A stretch of 64,000 bases of DNA. Origin: Alphaproteobacteria bacterium. Its GTDB lineage: Bacteria; Pseudomonadota; Alphaproteobacteria; JAPOUT01; G958296285. Positions 1 through 8,213 of this stretch are shown in pieces; the first letter of the stretch is position 1; each line of letters begins with the position of its first letter. Below the pieces are notes generated by a model. It saw only the letters and a list, made by a program, of their open reading frames with translations. It was not told where the DNA came from and made no database searches. A program made the translations under genes and the position numbers. The stretch covers positions 713,661 through 777,660 of the forward strand of contig OZ243043.1 of the NCBI GenBank assembly GCA_965212075.1, written 5' to 3'.

Positions 1-1088
1 ACTTCCAATTTGGTGTTGTCGCCGGGCATGATCATCTCAGTGCCGTCGGGCAGCGAGATTTCGCCGGTGACGTCGGTCGTGCGGAAATAAAACTGCGGAC
101 GATATTTGGAAACGAAAGGCTTATGCCGCCCGCCCTCTTCTTTGGTGAGAATATAGGCTTCGGCGGTGAACTTGGTGTGCGGCTTGACCGATCCGGGCGC
201 TGCGAGCACTTGGCCGCGCTCGACTTCATCGCGCTTGGTGCCGCGCAGCAAAACGCCGACATTGTCGCCGGCCTCGCCCTGATCGAGCAGCTTGCGGAAC
301 ATTTCCACGCCGGTGCAGATCGTCTTGGAGGTGTCCTTGATGCCGACGATCTCAATTTCATCGCCGACATTGACGATGCCGCGCTCCACGCGTCCGGTGA
401 CGACGGTGCCGCGTCCTTCAATAGAGAACACGTCTTCAATCGGCATCAGGAACGGCTTATCCTTAGGCCGCTCCGGCTGCGGGATATAGTCGTCCACGGC
501 TTTCATCAATTCCAAGATGGAGTTTTTGCCGATCTCATCATTTTTGCCGTCAAGCGCGGCGAGCGCCGAGCCTTTGACGATCGGAATATCATCGCCCGGA
601 AACTCATAAGAGGAAAGAAGCTCGCGCACTTCCACTTCCACCAGCTCGAGCAATTCGGGATCATCCACCTGATCGATTTTGTTGAGATAAACCACAAGTG
701 CGGGAACGCCGACCTGTCTGGCCAGCACGATATGTTCGCGGGTCTGGGGCATCGGGCCGTCGGCGGCGTTGACGACAAGGATCGCGCCATCCATCTGCGC
801 AGCACCGGTGATCATGTTCTTCACATAGTCGGCATGGCCCGGACAATCCACATGAGCATAATGACGGCTCTCGGTCTCATATTCGACATGAGCGGTCGAG
901 ATCGTGATGCCGCGCGCCTTTTCCTCAGGGGCTTTGTCAATATCGTCATAAGCGGAAAACTCTGCGCCGCCGCTCTCGGCGAGCACCTTAGTGATCGCGG
1001 CGGTGAGAGTCGTCTTGCCGTGATCGACATGCCCGATCGTGCCGATATTGCAATGCGGTTTGGTTCGCTCAAATTTTTCTTTTGCCAT
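1..1088 (-). CDS. tuf: Elongation factor Tu, 3'-truncated at the window edge (N-terminal 362 codons present)
   Basis: The reverse-strand translation from the ATG at 1086-1088 reads [32 protein letters not shown]...GITI...[28 protein letters not shown], with canonical EF-Tu G1-G4 motifs. An SD-like sequence lies upstream. The plus-strand ORF 123..1568 is the antisense shadow. Confidence 0.95.
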   Translation of the reverse strand, partial: MAKEKFERTKPHCNIGTIGHVDHGKTTLTAAITKVLAESGGAEFSAYDDIDKAPEEKARGITISTAHVEYETESRHYAHVDCPGHADYVKNMITGAAQMDGAILVVNAADGPMPQTREHIVLARQVGVPALVVYLNKIDQVDDPELLELVEVEVRELLSSYEFPGDDIPIVKGSALAALDGKNDEIGKNSILELMKAVDDYIPQPERPKDKPFLMPIEDVFSIEGRGTVVTGRVERGIVNVGDEIEIVGIKDTSKTICTGVEMFRKLLDQGEAGDNVGVLLRGTKRDEVERGQVLAAPGSVKPHTKFTAEAYILTKEEGGRHKPFVSKYRPQFYFRTTDVTGEISLPDGTEMIMPGDNTKLE

Positions 1089-1126
1089 TTGTTGACCTCA
1101 TATTTGATGTTTGAAAAAAACGGTGA

Positions 1127-1200
1127 TGGAGCGGGTGAAGGGAATCGAACCCTCGTCATCAGCTTGGAAGGCTACTGCTCTACCATTGAGCTACACCCGC
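1127..1200 (-). tRNA. tRNA-Gly (anticodon UCC)
   Basis: The reverse complement GCGGGTGTAGCTCAATGGTAGAGCAGTAGCCTTCCAAGCTACTGATGACGAGGGTTCGATTCCCTTCACCCGCTCCA folds as a cloverleaf. The acceptor 7 bp pair. The anticodon loop is CTTCCAA. Confidence 0.9.
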
Positions 1201-1322
1201 CGCGGCTGCGTCCCGGCTGTGGAATTAGAATGTCAAGTCTCGTATATGTATCCCTGTATAAAGTAGCTCAAAGTAACGTCTCCCGGCAGTGTCATCTTAC
1301 AAGATGCGGCTTGCGCGCTCGC

Positions 1323-1407
1323 TGGTGGAGGGAGTTGGATTCGAACCAACGTAGGCAAAGCCAACGGGTTTACAGCCCGTCCCCTTTAACCACTCGGGCA
1401 CCCCTCC
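1323..1407 (-). tRNA. tRNA-Tyr (anticodon GUA), long variable arm
   Basis: The reverse complement GGAGGGGTGCCCGAGTGGTTAAAGGGGACGGGCTGTAAACCCGTTGGCTTTGCCTACGTTGGTTCGAATCCAACTCCCTCCACCA is 85 nt. The anticodon loop is CTGTAAA. Confidence 0.9.
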
Positions 1408-1495
1408 GCTGGGTGGCGCGCATGATGCGCCCCGCACCAAAATGGACGGAGTTCTCTGCGGTCATAGAGGTTTGCAAGCCGCTCGTCAAGTGGTT

Positions 1496-4400
1496 TTATT
1501 GGGGAATTTTATCGATTTTCTTCATAATGCGGTGGGTTTCGGTGAGCGCGGTGATGATTTTCTCATAATGGGCGATGTCATCGAATTCCAGCTTGCGGCC
1601 TTTGCGGTCTTTGAGCCATTTTTGGGCGGGCTGATAGCCGCCGATATAGAACTCCCACGCTTCTTTGGGGACTTCATTAAAATACTGCTCCCGATTGATC
1701 CAGACCCTGCCGTCATTGGTGAAATCGGGCTTATCCACCTTATTGCTACCATCATTGGGAAAACCGATGGGAGGTTTGACAAGAGCTTTATGCTCCATCA
1801 GGTGGAAGAGGCGCAATTCGTGGCCAAGATCGGCCAACCGCCAGAAGGTTTTGGCATTTTTCGGATAGGGAACTCGCGGGAAGTCCATTTTGAGAAACTC
1901 CTTATATTTTTCCCGATAGGTTGAAGAGTGCAATCTCGCATAGATATAGTCCAAAAGATCAAGAGGTGAAAAAACAGTTTGCTCTTCTCGTTTTTTGGCT
2001 GCCCCTCTAGCTTTATGGTCGGGGATAAAAGGCAACTTCAACGTTTCAGCAATTTGCTTGACAATTTCCATATTAAAATTGGGTTTGCGGGTTTTGCCCT
2101 CATAAAGATAAAGCGGGAAAATGCTTTCTATTCCCTGCATGCCGGGGCGCGACCAGCTTCTTGATTCAGTAATGTGTTTAGAAACATGAACCGGTGCTGA
2201 GCGATTTTCTACGTCTCCTCTTTTTGCAATCAACCCCACATTCTCTCTGTGTAAAAAATGTTTGGATGCACGATCACGCAAATGCACAGCAACATTTGGA
2301 TCATAAATCGTCCATCTTATATCAAAAGGTCGATAAGCAACTTGACAAATCTTTTCACGCCATGTTCCAGAACTAAGATCATTTTTTGCTTTCAAGTAGT
2401 TCCATTGATATTGTGAGCAAAGCTTCCAGATATCACGGGCATCTTTTTCAGTTTCGGTTTGGAGAAAACACTCAACTTTGTTGATAGCCTCATCCTTACT
2501 CGAAGAAATAGCAAAATTATCATGGGTGGTAACTATTCCCGGCGCATTCGGTTTTCTGCTACTATTGACTTTTTTATCAGCGTCAAAAAGATCATTTATA
2601 AAAATAAATTTTTTATACTCTGAGAAAACTTTCCAATTTTTCGGAACAAAGAAATAAAAAGGAGATACATTTCTCAACTTTCCCCACTTTATATCTTTCA
2701 ATCTATCATTGCTTAATGTGATATATTTACTCTGCCGACCTCCCCACAAATCGGCGTGATGGACTTGCGCTAGCTTTTCCTTCCTGCGTCCATGTTTAAT
2801 AGCAATGATGATTGCTACACCCTGCTGAATATCAAATACGTTATTATCAGCAGAGCCATCGGGGGAAATCTCTCTTTTTTTAGCGCTGCCGTGTAAATCA
2901 AAAATATATATGTCATCAAATGTTTTGAGTAGGTGATGGCGCATCCCCTTGAAGGTTGGATTATCCAAATAGGCATGATTGGTAATATAGGCTAGAATTC
3001 CCCCTTCCTCGTTTTTTGCTATATATTGCTCAGCAAGACTAATAAACTTTACATAATCATCACTAAGCCATTTTGCTTGTGCTGGTTTATCAAGACCTTC
3101 AACTCCTTCTTTATACCTTTTAATTAGATTCTTTGCGTATTGCCCTTGATTAGCCGAATGGCCACTATAAGGCGGATTGCCAAAAGCAACCATGACTGGA
3201 CTTTGACGCTTGATGTGTGAGGCCTCATTAGATTCATTGCTCAGCCACTGCGCAAACAAAGTGTCATAATCAGGATAAGGCTCTTCCAGAGAATTGGTCA
3301 GATAAACTCCTAAACGAGGCGGATTGTGAGAGTTTCTTGGCCTATAGCCTGTTTCTTCCAATAGAAAATCCAGTTTCAAATGACACATTGCATAGGGGGC
3401 CATCAACAATTCAAAGCCATGCAGGCGCGGCAATAAATGCTCTTCCACGTAAGCACTCCATGCGCCCTTTTGGTTTTGAAAGCTGGAGTTATAAATATTT
3501 CGGATCACTTCAGCCATAAATGTTCCTGTCCCTGTCGCAACATCCAGTAATTGCACTTTGTGAAAGGGTTTTTTTGTTTTTGATTTGCCTGACTTTTTCT
3601 CTTGGTTATTAGACTCTATTGGAATATCCACCATGCCGCTATGTGCGAGTCCTTCGGGCAGGCCAAAATGTTTTTTCAAGCAGTCGTCTACAGCATTAAC
3701 AATAAAATCGACGACAGGTTTGGGCGTATAAAACACCCCGCGGCTATCCTTTTGTTTCGGATTATAGCTAGCAAGAAAAGTTTCGTAAAAATGGACAAGT
3801 GGATCATCACGCCCTACCCACTTACCAAAGCTTTTTTTTACCGCATGAAGCTCAACATCACGGTAGAGTTTGCACAAATAATTTACAACCCAAACAAGGC
3901 TATCATCTAAATCTTCGCCACAGACATAATCAAAAAATTTGCGCAAAAATGGATTGGAGCGCGGAATCAATTTGCGCGCTTCCTCGCGGGAAAAATCGTC
4001 TCCTATTTTATCATGAAACCGCGCTGTGAACAATCCATAGGTGATAGTCTGGGCGTAAATATCAGCAAACTCCTCTGCCTTCATGTCATGAATCAGGATT
4101 TTACGAAACGCCTCCAACTGCTCTTTGACGCCTTCTATGCCCTTTTCGTCAACGGCGCGGATAATCACCTCATCTCTAATCAGCCCAGCAGCATCGGCCA
4201 TTCTTTCCGCGAGTTTTTGCCATGTGCCAATGTTTTCATCATCAAAACCCCGAAATCGCGTGAATAATCTATTGAGTTCTCCGTAATTCACTCGCTGGGG
4301 AGTGATCGTGCCCTGTTTGAGTTCAGCAATGCGCACCGTGCCATCTGGCTCGCTATTGCGGTAAAAACGAAACTCTAGATAATCGGTCAGCACAAAATTG

Positions 4401-4702
4401 GCGAAGCCCTTCCGATAGCTGATGATCTGATCGCTATTCTCAATCTTATCAAGATCGGCATTAATCTCTTTCGCCTCAATGTAGCCAATCGGCAGAGGCG
4501 GAAGCATTCCAATAATCTTTTTTGTTATAATATAATCAGGGCGACCAAATGCGGTTTGTCGCGGCTCATTGGTCGCATCGCAGTCGGGCATCATGCCTTC
4601 CATACAATCGCCTAGCGCACCGCGATAGCTATGCTCGGTCGCATTACCTCTTTTATGAATGCGAACGACTTCTCGCAAATAGCTATCTATATGGTCAGCC
4701 AC
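1496..4702 (-). CDS. Single-polypeptide type IIG/IIL restriction-modification enzyme (MmeI-like; N-terminal PD-(D/E)xK endonuclease, gamma-class N6-adenine methyltransferase, C-terminal target-recognition domain). GTG start.
   Basis: 1068 aa. The N-terminus has a PD...(D/E)xK-like motif (RPDYIITKK...IGYIEAKEI). The AdoMet motif I is LLDVATGTGTF, followed later by motif IV FGNPPYSG, which is the gamma-class order. The C-terminal region (DFPRVPYPK...EFYIGGYQPAQKWLKDRKGRKLEFDD) resembles the specificity domain of type ISP/IIG enzymes. The gene is strongly AT-rich relative to its flanks (about 40% GC by eye). Confidence 0.75.
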   Translation of the reverse strand: MADHIDSYLREVVRIHKRGNATEHSYRGALGDCMEGMMPDCDATNEPRQTAFGRPDYIITKKIIGMLPPLPIGYIEAKEINADLDKIENSDQIISYRKGFANFVLTDYLEFRFYRNSEPDGTVRIAELKQGTITPQRVNYGELNRLFTRFRGFDDENIGTWQKLAERMADAAGLIRDEVIIRAVDEKGIEGVKEQLEAFRKILIHDMKAEEFADIYAQTITYGLFTARFHDKIGDDFSREEARKLIPRSNPFLRKFFDYVCGEDLDDSLVWVVNYLCKLYRDVELHAVKKSFGKWVGRDDPLVHFYETFLASYNPKQKDSRGVFYTPKPVVDFIVNAVDDCLKKHFGLPEGLAHSGMVDIPIESNNQEKKSGKSKTKKPFHKVQLLDVATGTGTFMAEVIRNIYNSSFQNQKGAWSAYVEEHLLPRLHGFELLMAPYAMCHLKLDFLLEETGYRPRNSHNPPRLGVYLTNSLEEPYPDYDTLFAQWLSNESNEASHIKRQSPVMVAFGNPPYSGHSANQGQYAKNLIKRYKEGVEGLDKPAQAKWLSDDYVKFISLAEQYIAKNEEGGILAYITNHAYLDNPTFKGMRHHLLKTFDDIYIFDLHGSAKKREISPDGSADNNVFDIQQGVAIIIAIKHGRRKEKLAQVHHADLWGGRQSKYITLSNDRLKDIKWGKLRNVSPFYFFVPKNWKVFSEYKKFIFINDLFDADKKVNSSRKPNAPGIVTTHDNFAISSSKDEAINKVECFLQTETEKDARDIWKLCSQYQWNYLKAKNDLSSGTWREKICQVAYRPFDIRWTIYDPNVAVHLRDRASKHFLHRENVGLIAKRGDVENRSAPVHVSKHITESRSWSRPGMQGIESIFPLYLYEGKTRKPNFNMEIVKQIAETLKLPFIPDHKARGAAKKREEQTVFSPLDLLDYIYARLHSSTYREKYKEFLKMDFPRVPYPKNAKTFWRLADLGHELRLFHLMEHKALVKPPIGFPNDGSNKVDKPDFTNDGRVWINREQYFNEVPKEAWEFYIGGYQPAQKWLKDRKGRKLEFDDIAHYEKIITALTETHRIMKKIDKIPQ

Positions 4703-4717
4703 ATCAAGTTCCCCGAA

Positions 4718-5440
4718 TCATGCCCACCCCAGCAATATATCAGCCAGCTCCTGCGGCATAGAAAAAAACGGCGAGTGATCGCTCGCCAGACGCGCAATAT
4801 CTCCCGACGCAACCCCCACGCCGACCGCCATCGACTCCTGTCCCGCCGCTGAGATCGCATGATCCCCCGCGCAGATGATCGCCCGCTTGCGCACCCTGCC
4901 AAATCCCGACGCCGTCCACTTGACCGGCCCGCCTAACGCCCTCACCGACTGCGGACACAACCGCGCGCGCGCATAGGCGATATCCTCCGCGCTGCAGTCA
5001 TTATAAAATATCCCCGCCAGACGAGCCCGCTTGATCCGCATGCTCCCGCCCCACCAGCTCAGCAGCTGGGCCTCCGGCTCCACCAGCGATACCGACGGCT
5101 CCGCCAACTCCAACAGCGACCGTCCCGACGGCGGCGCATACGCGCATAAATAAACGACCGACGACACCCGATCCGGATGACGCTCCGCCGCTCCCGTGAC
5201 CACCATGCCTCCCATGCTGTGCCCCACCAGCACAACCGGCTCCCGACACCCCGACAGAACACCAGACACCGAGCTAATATAATGTTCCATAGAAACCAAG
5301 CGCGGCCAGCGCCGCCGCGAGCCATGTCCCGGCAGATCCGGCGTACTCACCTGATGGCCCGCCGCCTCCAAGAGCGGCGCGAGCTTCGTCCAGCACCAGC
5401 CGCCGTGCCATGCTCCGTGTATCAAAACAAAATGTGCCAT
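4718..5440 (-). CDS. Alpha/beta-fold hydrolase (esterase/lipase family)
   Basis: 240 aa. It has HGAWHGGWCW near the N-terminus and a GHSMGG nucleophile elbow. It is very GC-rich (about 65%). Its stop lies 15 bp upstream of the restriction-modification gene start on the same strand. Confidence 0.8.
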   Translation of the reverse strand: MAHFVLIHGAWHGGWCWTKLAPLLEAAGHQVSTPDLPGHGSRRRWPRLVSMEHYISSVSGVLSGCREPVVLVGHSMGGMVVTGAAERHPDRVSSVVYLCAYAPPSGRSLLELAEPSVSLVEPEAQLLSWWGGSMRIKRARLAGIFYNDCSAEDIAYARARLCPQSVRALGGPVKWTASGFGRVRKRAIICAGDHAISAAGQESMAVGVGVASGDIARLASDHSPFFSMPQELADILLGWA

Positions 5441-5478
5441 TTTTTCCTCCGTTTTTTGACGACTCCTCTTTAATTCCG

Positions 5479-5552
5479 GTGCCGGCGGAGAGATTTGAAC
5501 TCCCGACCTCCTGATTACAAATCAGATGCTCTACCAGCTGAGCTACACCGGC
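5479..5552 (-). tRNA. tRNA-Thr (anticodon UGU)
   Basis: The reverse complement GCCGGTGTAGCTCAGCTGGTAGAGCATCTGATTTGTAATCAGGAGGTCGGGAGTTCAAATCTCTCCGCCGGCACC has an anticodon loop TTTGTAA. The acceptor stem has G-U at 6-67. Only CC of the CCA is encoded. Confidence 0.9.
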
Positions 5553-5736
5553 ACTATACATACCTATATAGCCAAATATCTCGATAGCCAATCACGGGCG
5601 CAAATCACGCGCACAAATACAGATTATCGCATCCCTTTGGTTGACTCGAATCAAAAATCTCCATAGATTTATACCGTATATGGTTAAATGAGAATCACTC
5701 TTTGAGAATCATTCCGCCATTCTGCAAACGCACAAA

Positions 5737-7329
5737 ATGGAGAGTGTGGGGTTGAAGTTCGCCGTTATTAGAGACAAAGGCAGGGTATTCATCCATGCGG
5801 TGAAACATATTCCCGAGAAAGTCTCGCAAAAATTCAATAATACTATCCGACTCTGGATCGCCGAACGAAGACAGCGCGCCTCTATTCGCGTCGCGCGCAG
5901 GGCCGGTAGAAGGGCCATGTCCGAACGCGACTATGAATTCCCCGACACCCAAGCCGAAAAATATGAAATCCGTGCGCAGGAAGCAGGTCAAAGCGACGCG
6001 ATCTCTAGCCGCCCTCTGCCTGAGAGCACTTTGTTGCCTCCCACGCTTGTCAGCATCCAAAACGAGCTCAGAAATATCTACGGGCAGGGAGTCAAATCTT
6101 GCCAGGCACTGTTTGAAAGCATTGAAACTAAAGTCGATGCGCTCGTCATGCGCTTCTCCGGCGTGACGCTCGAGGCCAGCGCCAACCAAACACGCGATGA
6201 AATGTCTGTTGCGCTGACCTTCTCGCCCTATGCCGAGTCGATCTCTTTCCACTATAAAGAGTTCGTGCGGCGACATGCCGACCTCCAGCGCTTCCGCGTA
6301 CAGCATGACCTCGTCTATGAGCCGATCCGCGGCGGACACGGCACCGGAAGCCATTTGCTCTTCGTTGTCATGCTTTATATCGTTGAGGCTCTGTTTAATG
6401 CGTCTTTGTTCATCAACGTCATCGGATTGCTGGGCGGCTTGACGATCTCGCTGTCATCTTCAGCGATCAACGTCATCATGGGATATCTTGTCGGGCGCTT
6501 CCTTGTGTCGGCGATTTTCTTCCACCCCGATATGAGAATGAGATTTCTCGGTCTATTTGGCTTCATTACTTTTATGGCCTTTATCTTCTATCTCAACTTC
6601 GCGCTGGCGGTGTTCCGCTCTTTGCAGGAAAACGCCACCAACGCTTTTGAGCAAGTCAATACCGGGCTAGCAATCATGCCCTTCGGCCAGCTTGATGTTC
6701 TCTCATTTGAATCAGCTTTGGTGGTTGCTGTGGGACTCTTATTCGCCATCGCGGCTCTGCTCGATGGATATTTCTCCGACGATCCCTTTCCGGGCTATGG
6801 CTCTAAATGGCGCCTATGCATTAATGAGCGCAGCATCATTCAATATGAATTCAAGCAATACCAAAGCCAATTTGATCAAGAAACACGCGAGGCGCGCAAA
6901 AAAACAAAAGAAATGTTTGAAGATGCGCAAAAAGCCATCAATGAATGGTCAAAAGAAATCAATAAAATTCAGCACTATTTCGTGGATTTTGAGCAATGGG
7001 CGGATAAAATCAACGACACCTACATCTCAAGCTGGGAAATTTACGCCGCAACCCATCAAAATCATCGCCCTGAAAACTATTCCCCCCCTAAAATGTTGAC
7101 ATCCAAGCCCGAAAACCTCCTTGACGATGATCAGGTTGATCCCTTATACGTATTTGCAGGGGCTGCGAGCTGTTATATGGAAGATCAGGAAAGGCAGAAA
7201 AAAGCTGCTGAATTTGAAAAAGATTTTCTTGAAAAATATCTCAAAGCCGAGGAAGAATTAGAAAAAACTATCATCGTTCTTACCAACACTCTCGCTGAAT
7301 TGGAGGTTACAGCACAATGCAACATTTAA
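5737..7329 (+). CDS. Hypothetical polytopic membrane protein with an N-terminal cytoplasmic domain, about 4 TM helices and a C-terminal coiled-coil domain (start uncertain; an alternative ATG lies near 5917)
   Basis: 530-aa ORF. Hydrophobic segments include LLFVVMLYIVEALFNASLFINVIGLLGGLTISL, VGRFLVSAIFF, FLGLFGFITFMAFIFYLNFALAVF and ALVVAVGLLFAIAALL. A K/E-rich heptad-like tail (EARKKTKEMFEDAQKAINEWSKEINKIQ...EELEKTIIVLTNTLAELE) follows. A promoter-like TTGACT-17-TAGATT lies at about 5641-5675. The end overlaps the next ORF by 13 nt. Confidence 0.55.
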   Translation: MESVGLKFAVIRDKGRVFIHAVKHIPEKVSQKFNNTIRLWIAERRQRASIRVARRAGRRAMSERDYEFPDTQAEKYEIRAQEAGQSDAISSRPLPESTLLPPTLVSIQNELRNIYGQGVKSCQALFESIETKVDALVMRFSGVTLEASANQTRDEMSVALTFSPYAESISFHYKEFVRRHADLQRFRVQHDLVYEPIRGGHGTGSHLLFVVMLYIVEALFNASLFINVIGLLGGLTISLSSSAINVIMGYLVGRFLVSAIFFHPDMRMRFLGLFGFITFMAFIFYLNFALAVFRSLQENATNAFEQVNTGLAIMPFGQLDVLSFESALVVAVGLLFAIAALLDGYFSDDPFPGYGSKWRLCINERSIIQYEFKQYQSQFDQETREARKKTKEMFEDAQKAINEWSKEINKIQHYFVDFEQWADKINDTYISSWEIYAATHQNHRPENYSPPKMLTSKPENLLDDDQVDPLYVFAGAASCYMEDQERQKKAAEFEKDFLEKYLKAEEELEKTIIVLTNTLAELEVTAQCNI

Positions 7330-8186
7330 CTCAACATCTCACCACCTGCCTTGCTGTTGCTCTTTTGTCGGGAAGCTTATTTGCCGGAAAAGCGCTCGCA
7401 CAGCAGCAATGTGCGCCTGAAGAAGAGGGGTTTATCAAAAAATCTCTCGCGACGATCTGCAGTCAGGACGGCTCACCGCCAAAAAAAACCATCTTCGTCC
7501 TTATTGATGGCAGCGACCCTTACGATAAAAAGAGCATTAGCTGGATCAAAGCCAATGTTTTCAATAAACGGGTCATTCGTCCGAGTGATACTGGCGATGA
7601 GGTAATCTTCGCGCGCTTTGCTGAGGGCGCTTTGTCGTCAATGGATCTGCAGCGTCTATGTGCGCCCAAGCCTAATGAGCAAATCAGCTACATTTTTGAC
7701 GCACCGCAGAAAATCAAAAAAGCAAACCATTCTTTCTATTGCGTGGTTCAAGACATCATCCCGAACAAAATGTTCTCCCGCAATACACGCGCACCCAAAT
7801 CCTTAATTATGGAAGCCATTAACGAAGTGGCGACTAATCCCAAGCTGCTCTATTCCGAGCGCCCAGGTGAGCGCGTTCTTGTTTTGGTCTCTGATCTTTT
7901 TCAAAATTCAAATTCCTTTTCATTTCATAAGATTTGCAAAAAGACATGTCCAACCTGTCCAGTTTTATGCCCCTCCTATGAAAAAGTGGTGAAGTCAACA
8001 CCGCGCGCGAAACGTTATTTAGATGCTGTCGTTCCACAATTGCGGCCAGATGACAAAATCATGATCTTTAACGTCAACGTCAAAGGCAAGCTTGACAGGT
8101 CTGCTGCTGATTTCTGGCGTGGCTTTTTTCAAGCTGCTGGCGTTCAGGGTAAAAACATCTCGTTCAAATACGAACTTGAGAAATAG
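7317..8186 (+). CDS. Hypothetical secreted (signal-peptide) Cys-containing protein, translationally coupled to the upstream membrane protein
   Basis: 289 aa. The N-terminal signal peptide is MQHLTQHLTTCLAVALLSGSLFAGKALA. It has 9 Cys including a KKTCPTCPVLCP cluster. No recognisable catalytic motifs are present. Confidence 0.55.
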   Translation: MQHLTQHLTTCLAVALLSGSLFAGKALAQQQCAPEEEGFIKKSLATICSQDGSPPKKTIFVLIDGSDPYDKKSISWIKANVFNKRVIRPSDTGDEVIFARFAEGALSSMDLQRLCAPKPNEQISYIFDAPQKIKKANHSFYCVVQDIIPNKMFSRNTRAPKSLIMEAINEVATNPKLLYSERPGERVLVLVSDLFQNSNSFSFHKICKKTCPTCPVLCPSYEKVVKSTPRAKRYLDAVVPQLRPDDKIMIFNVNVKGKLDRSAADFWRGFFQAAGVQGKNISFKYELEK

Positions 8187-8207
8187 AAGGAACTTGAGAA
8201 ATAGAAA
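8172..8207. repeat. Perfect-to-near-perfect 18-bp tandem duplication spanning the stop codon of the 7317..8186 gene
   Basis: GAACTTGAGAAATAGAAG followed by GAACTTGAGAAATAGAAA. Confidence 0.7.
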
Positions 8208-8213
8208 ATTGTT

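Noticed and set aside
123-1568. 481-aa plus-strand ORF
   Set aside because: It is the antisense shadow of tuf and the two tRNAs. tuf is unambiguous on the minus strand, and the ORF runs through tRNA genes.
5695-6354. 219-aa minus-strand ORF overlapping the 5' part of the 5737..7329 gene
   Set aside because: It has no recognisable domains. The plus-strand frame continues into a clear TM/coiled-coil protein, and a promoter-like element precedes the plus-strand ORF. It was treated as an antisense artefact, though the true start of the plus gene remains uncertain.
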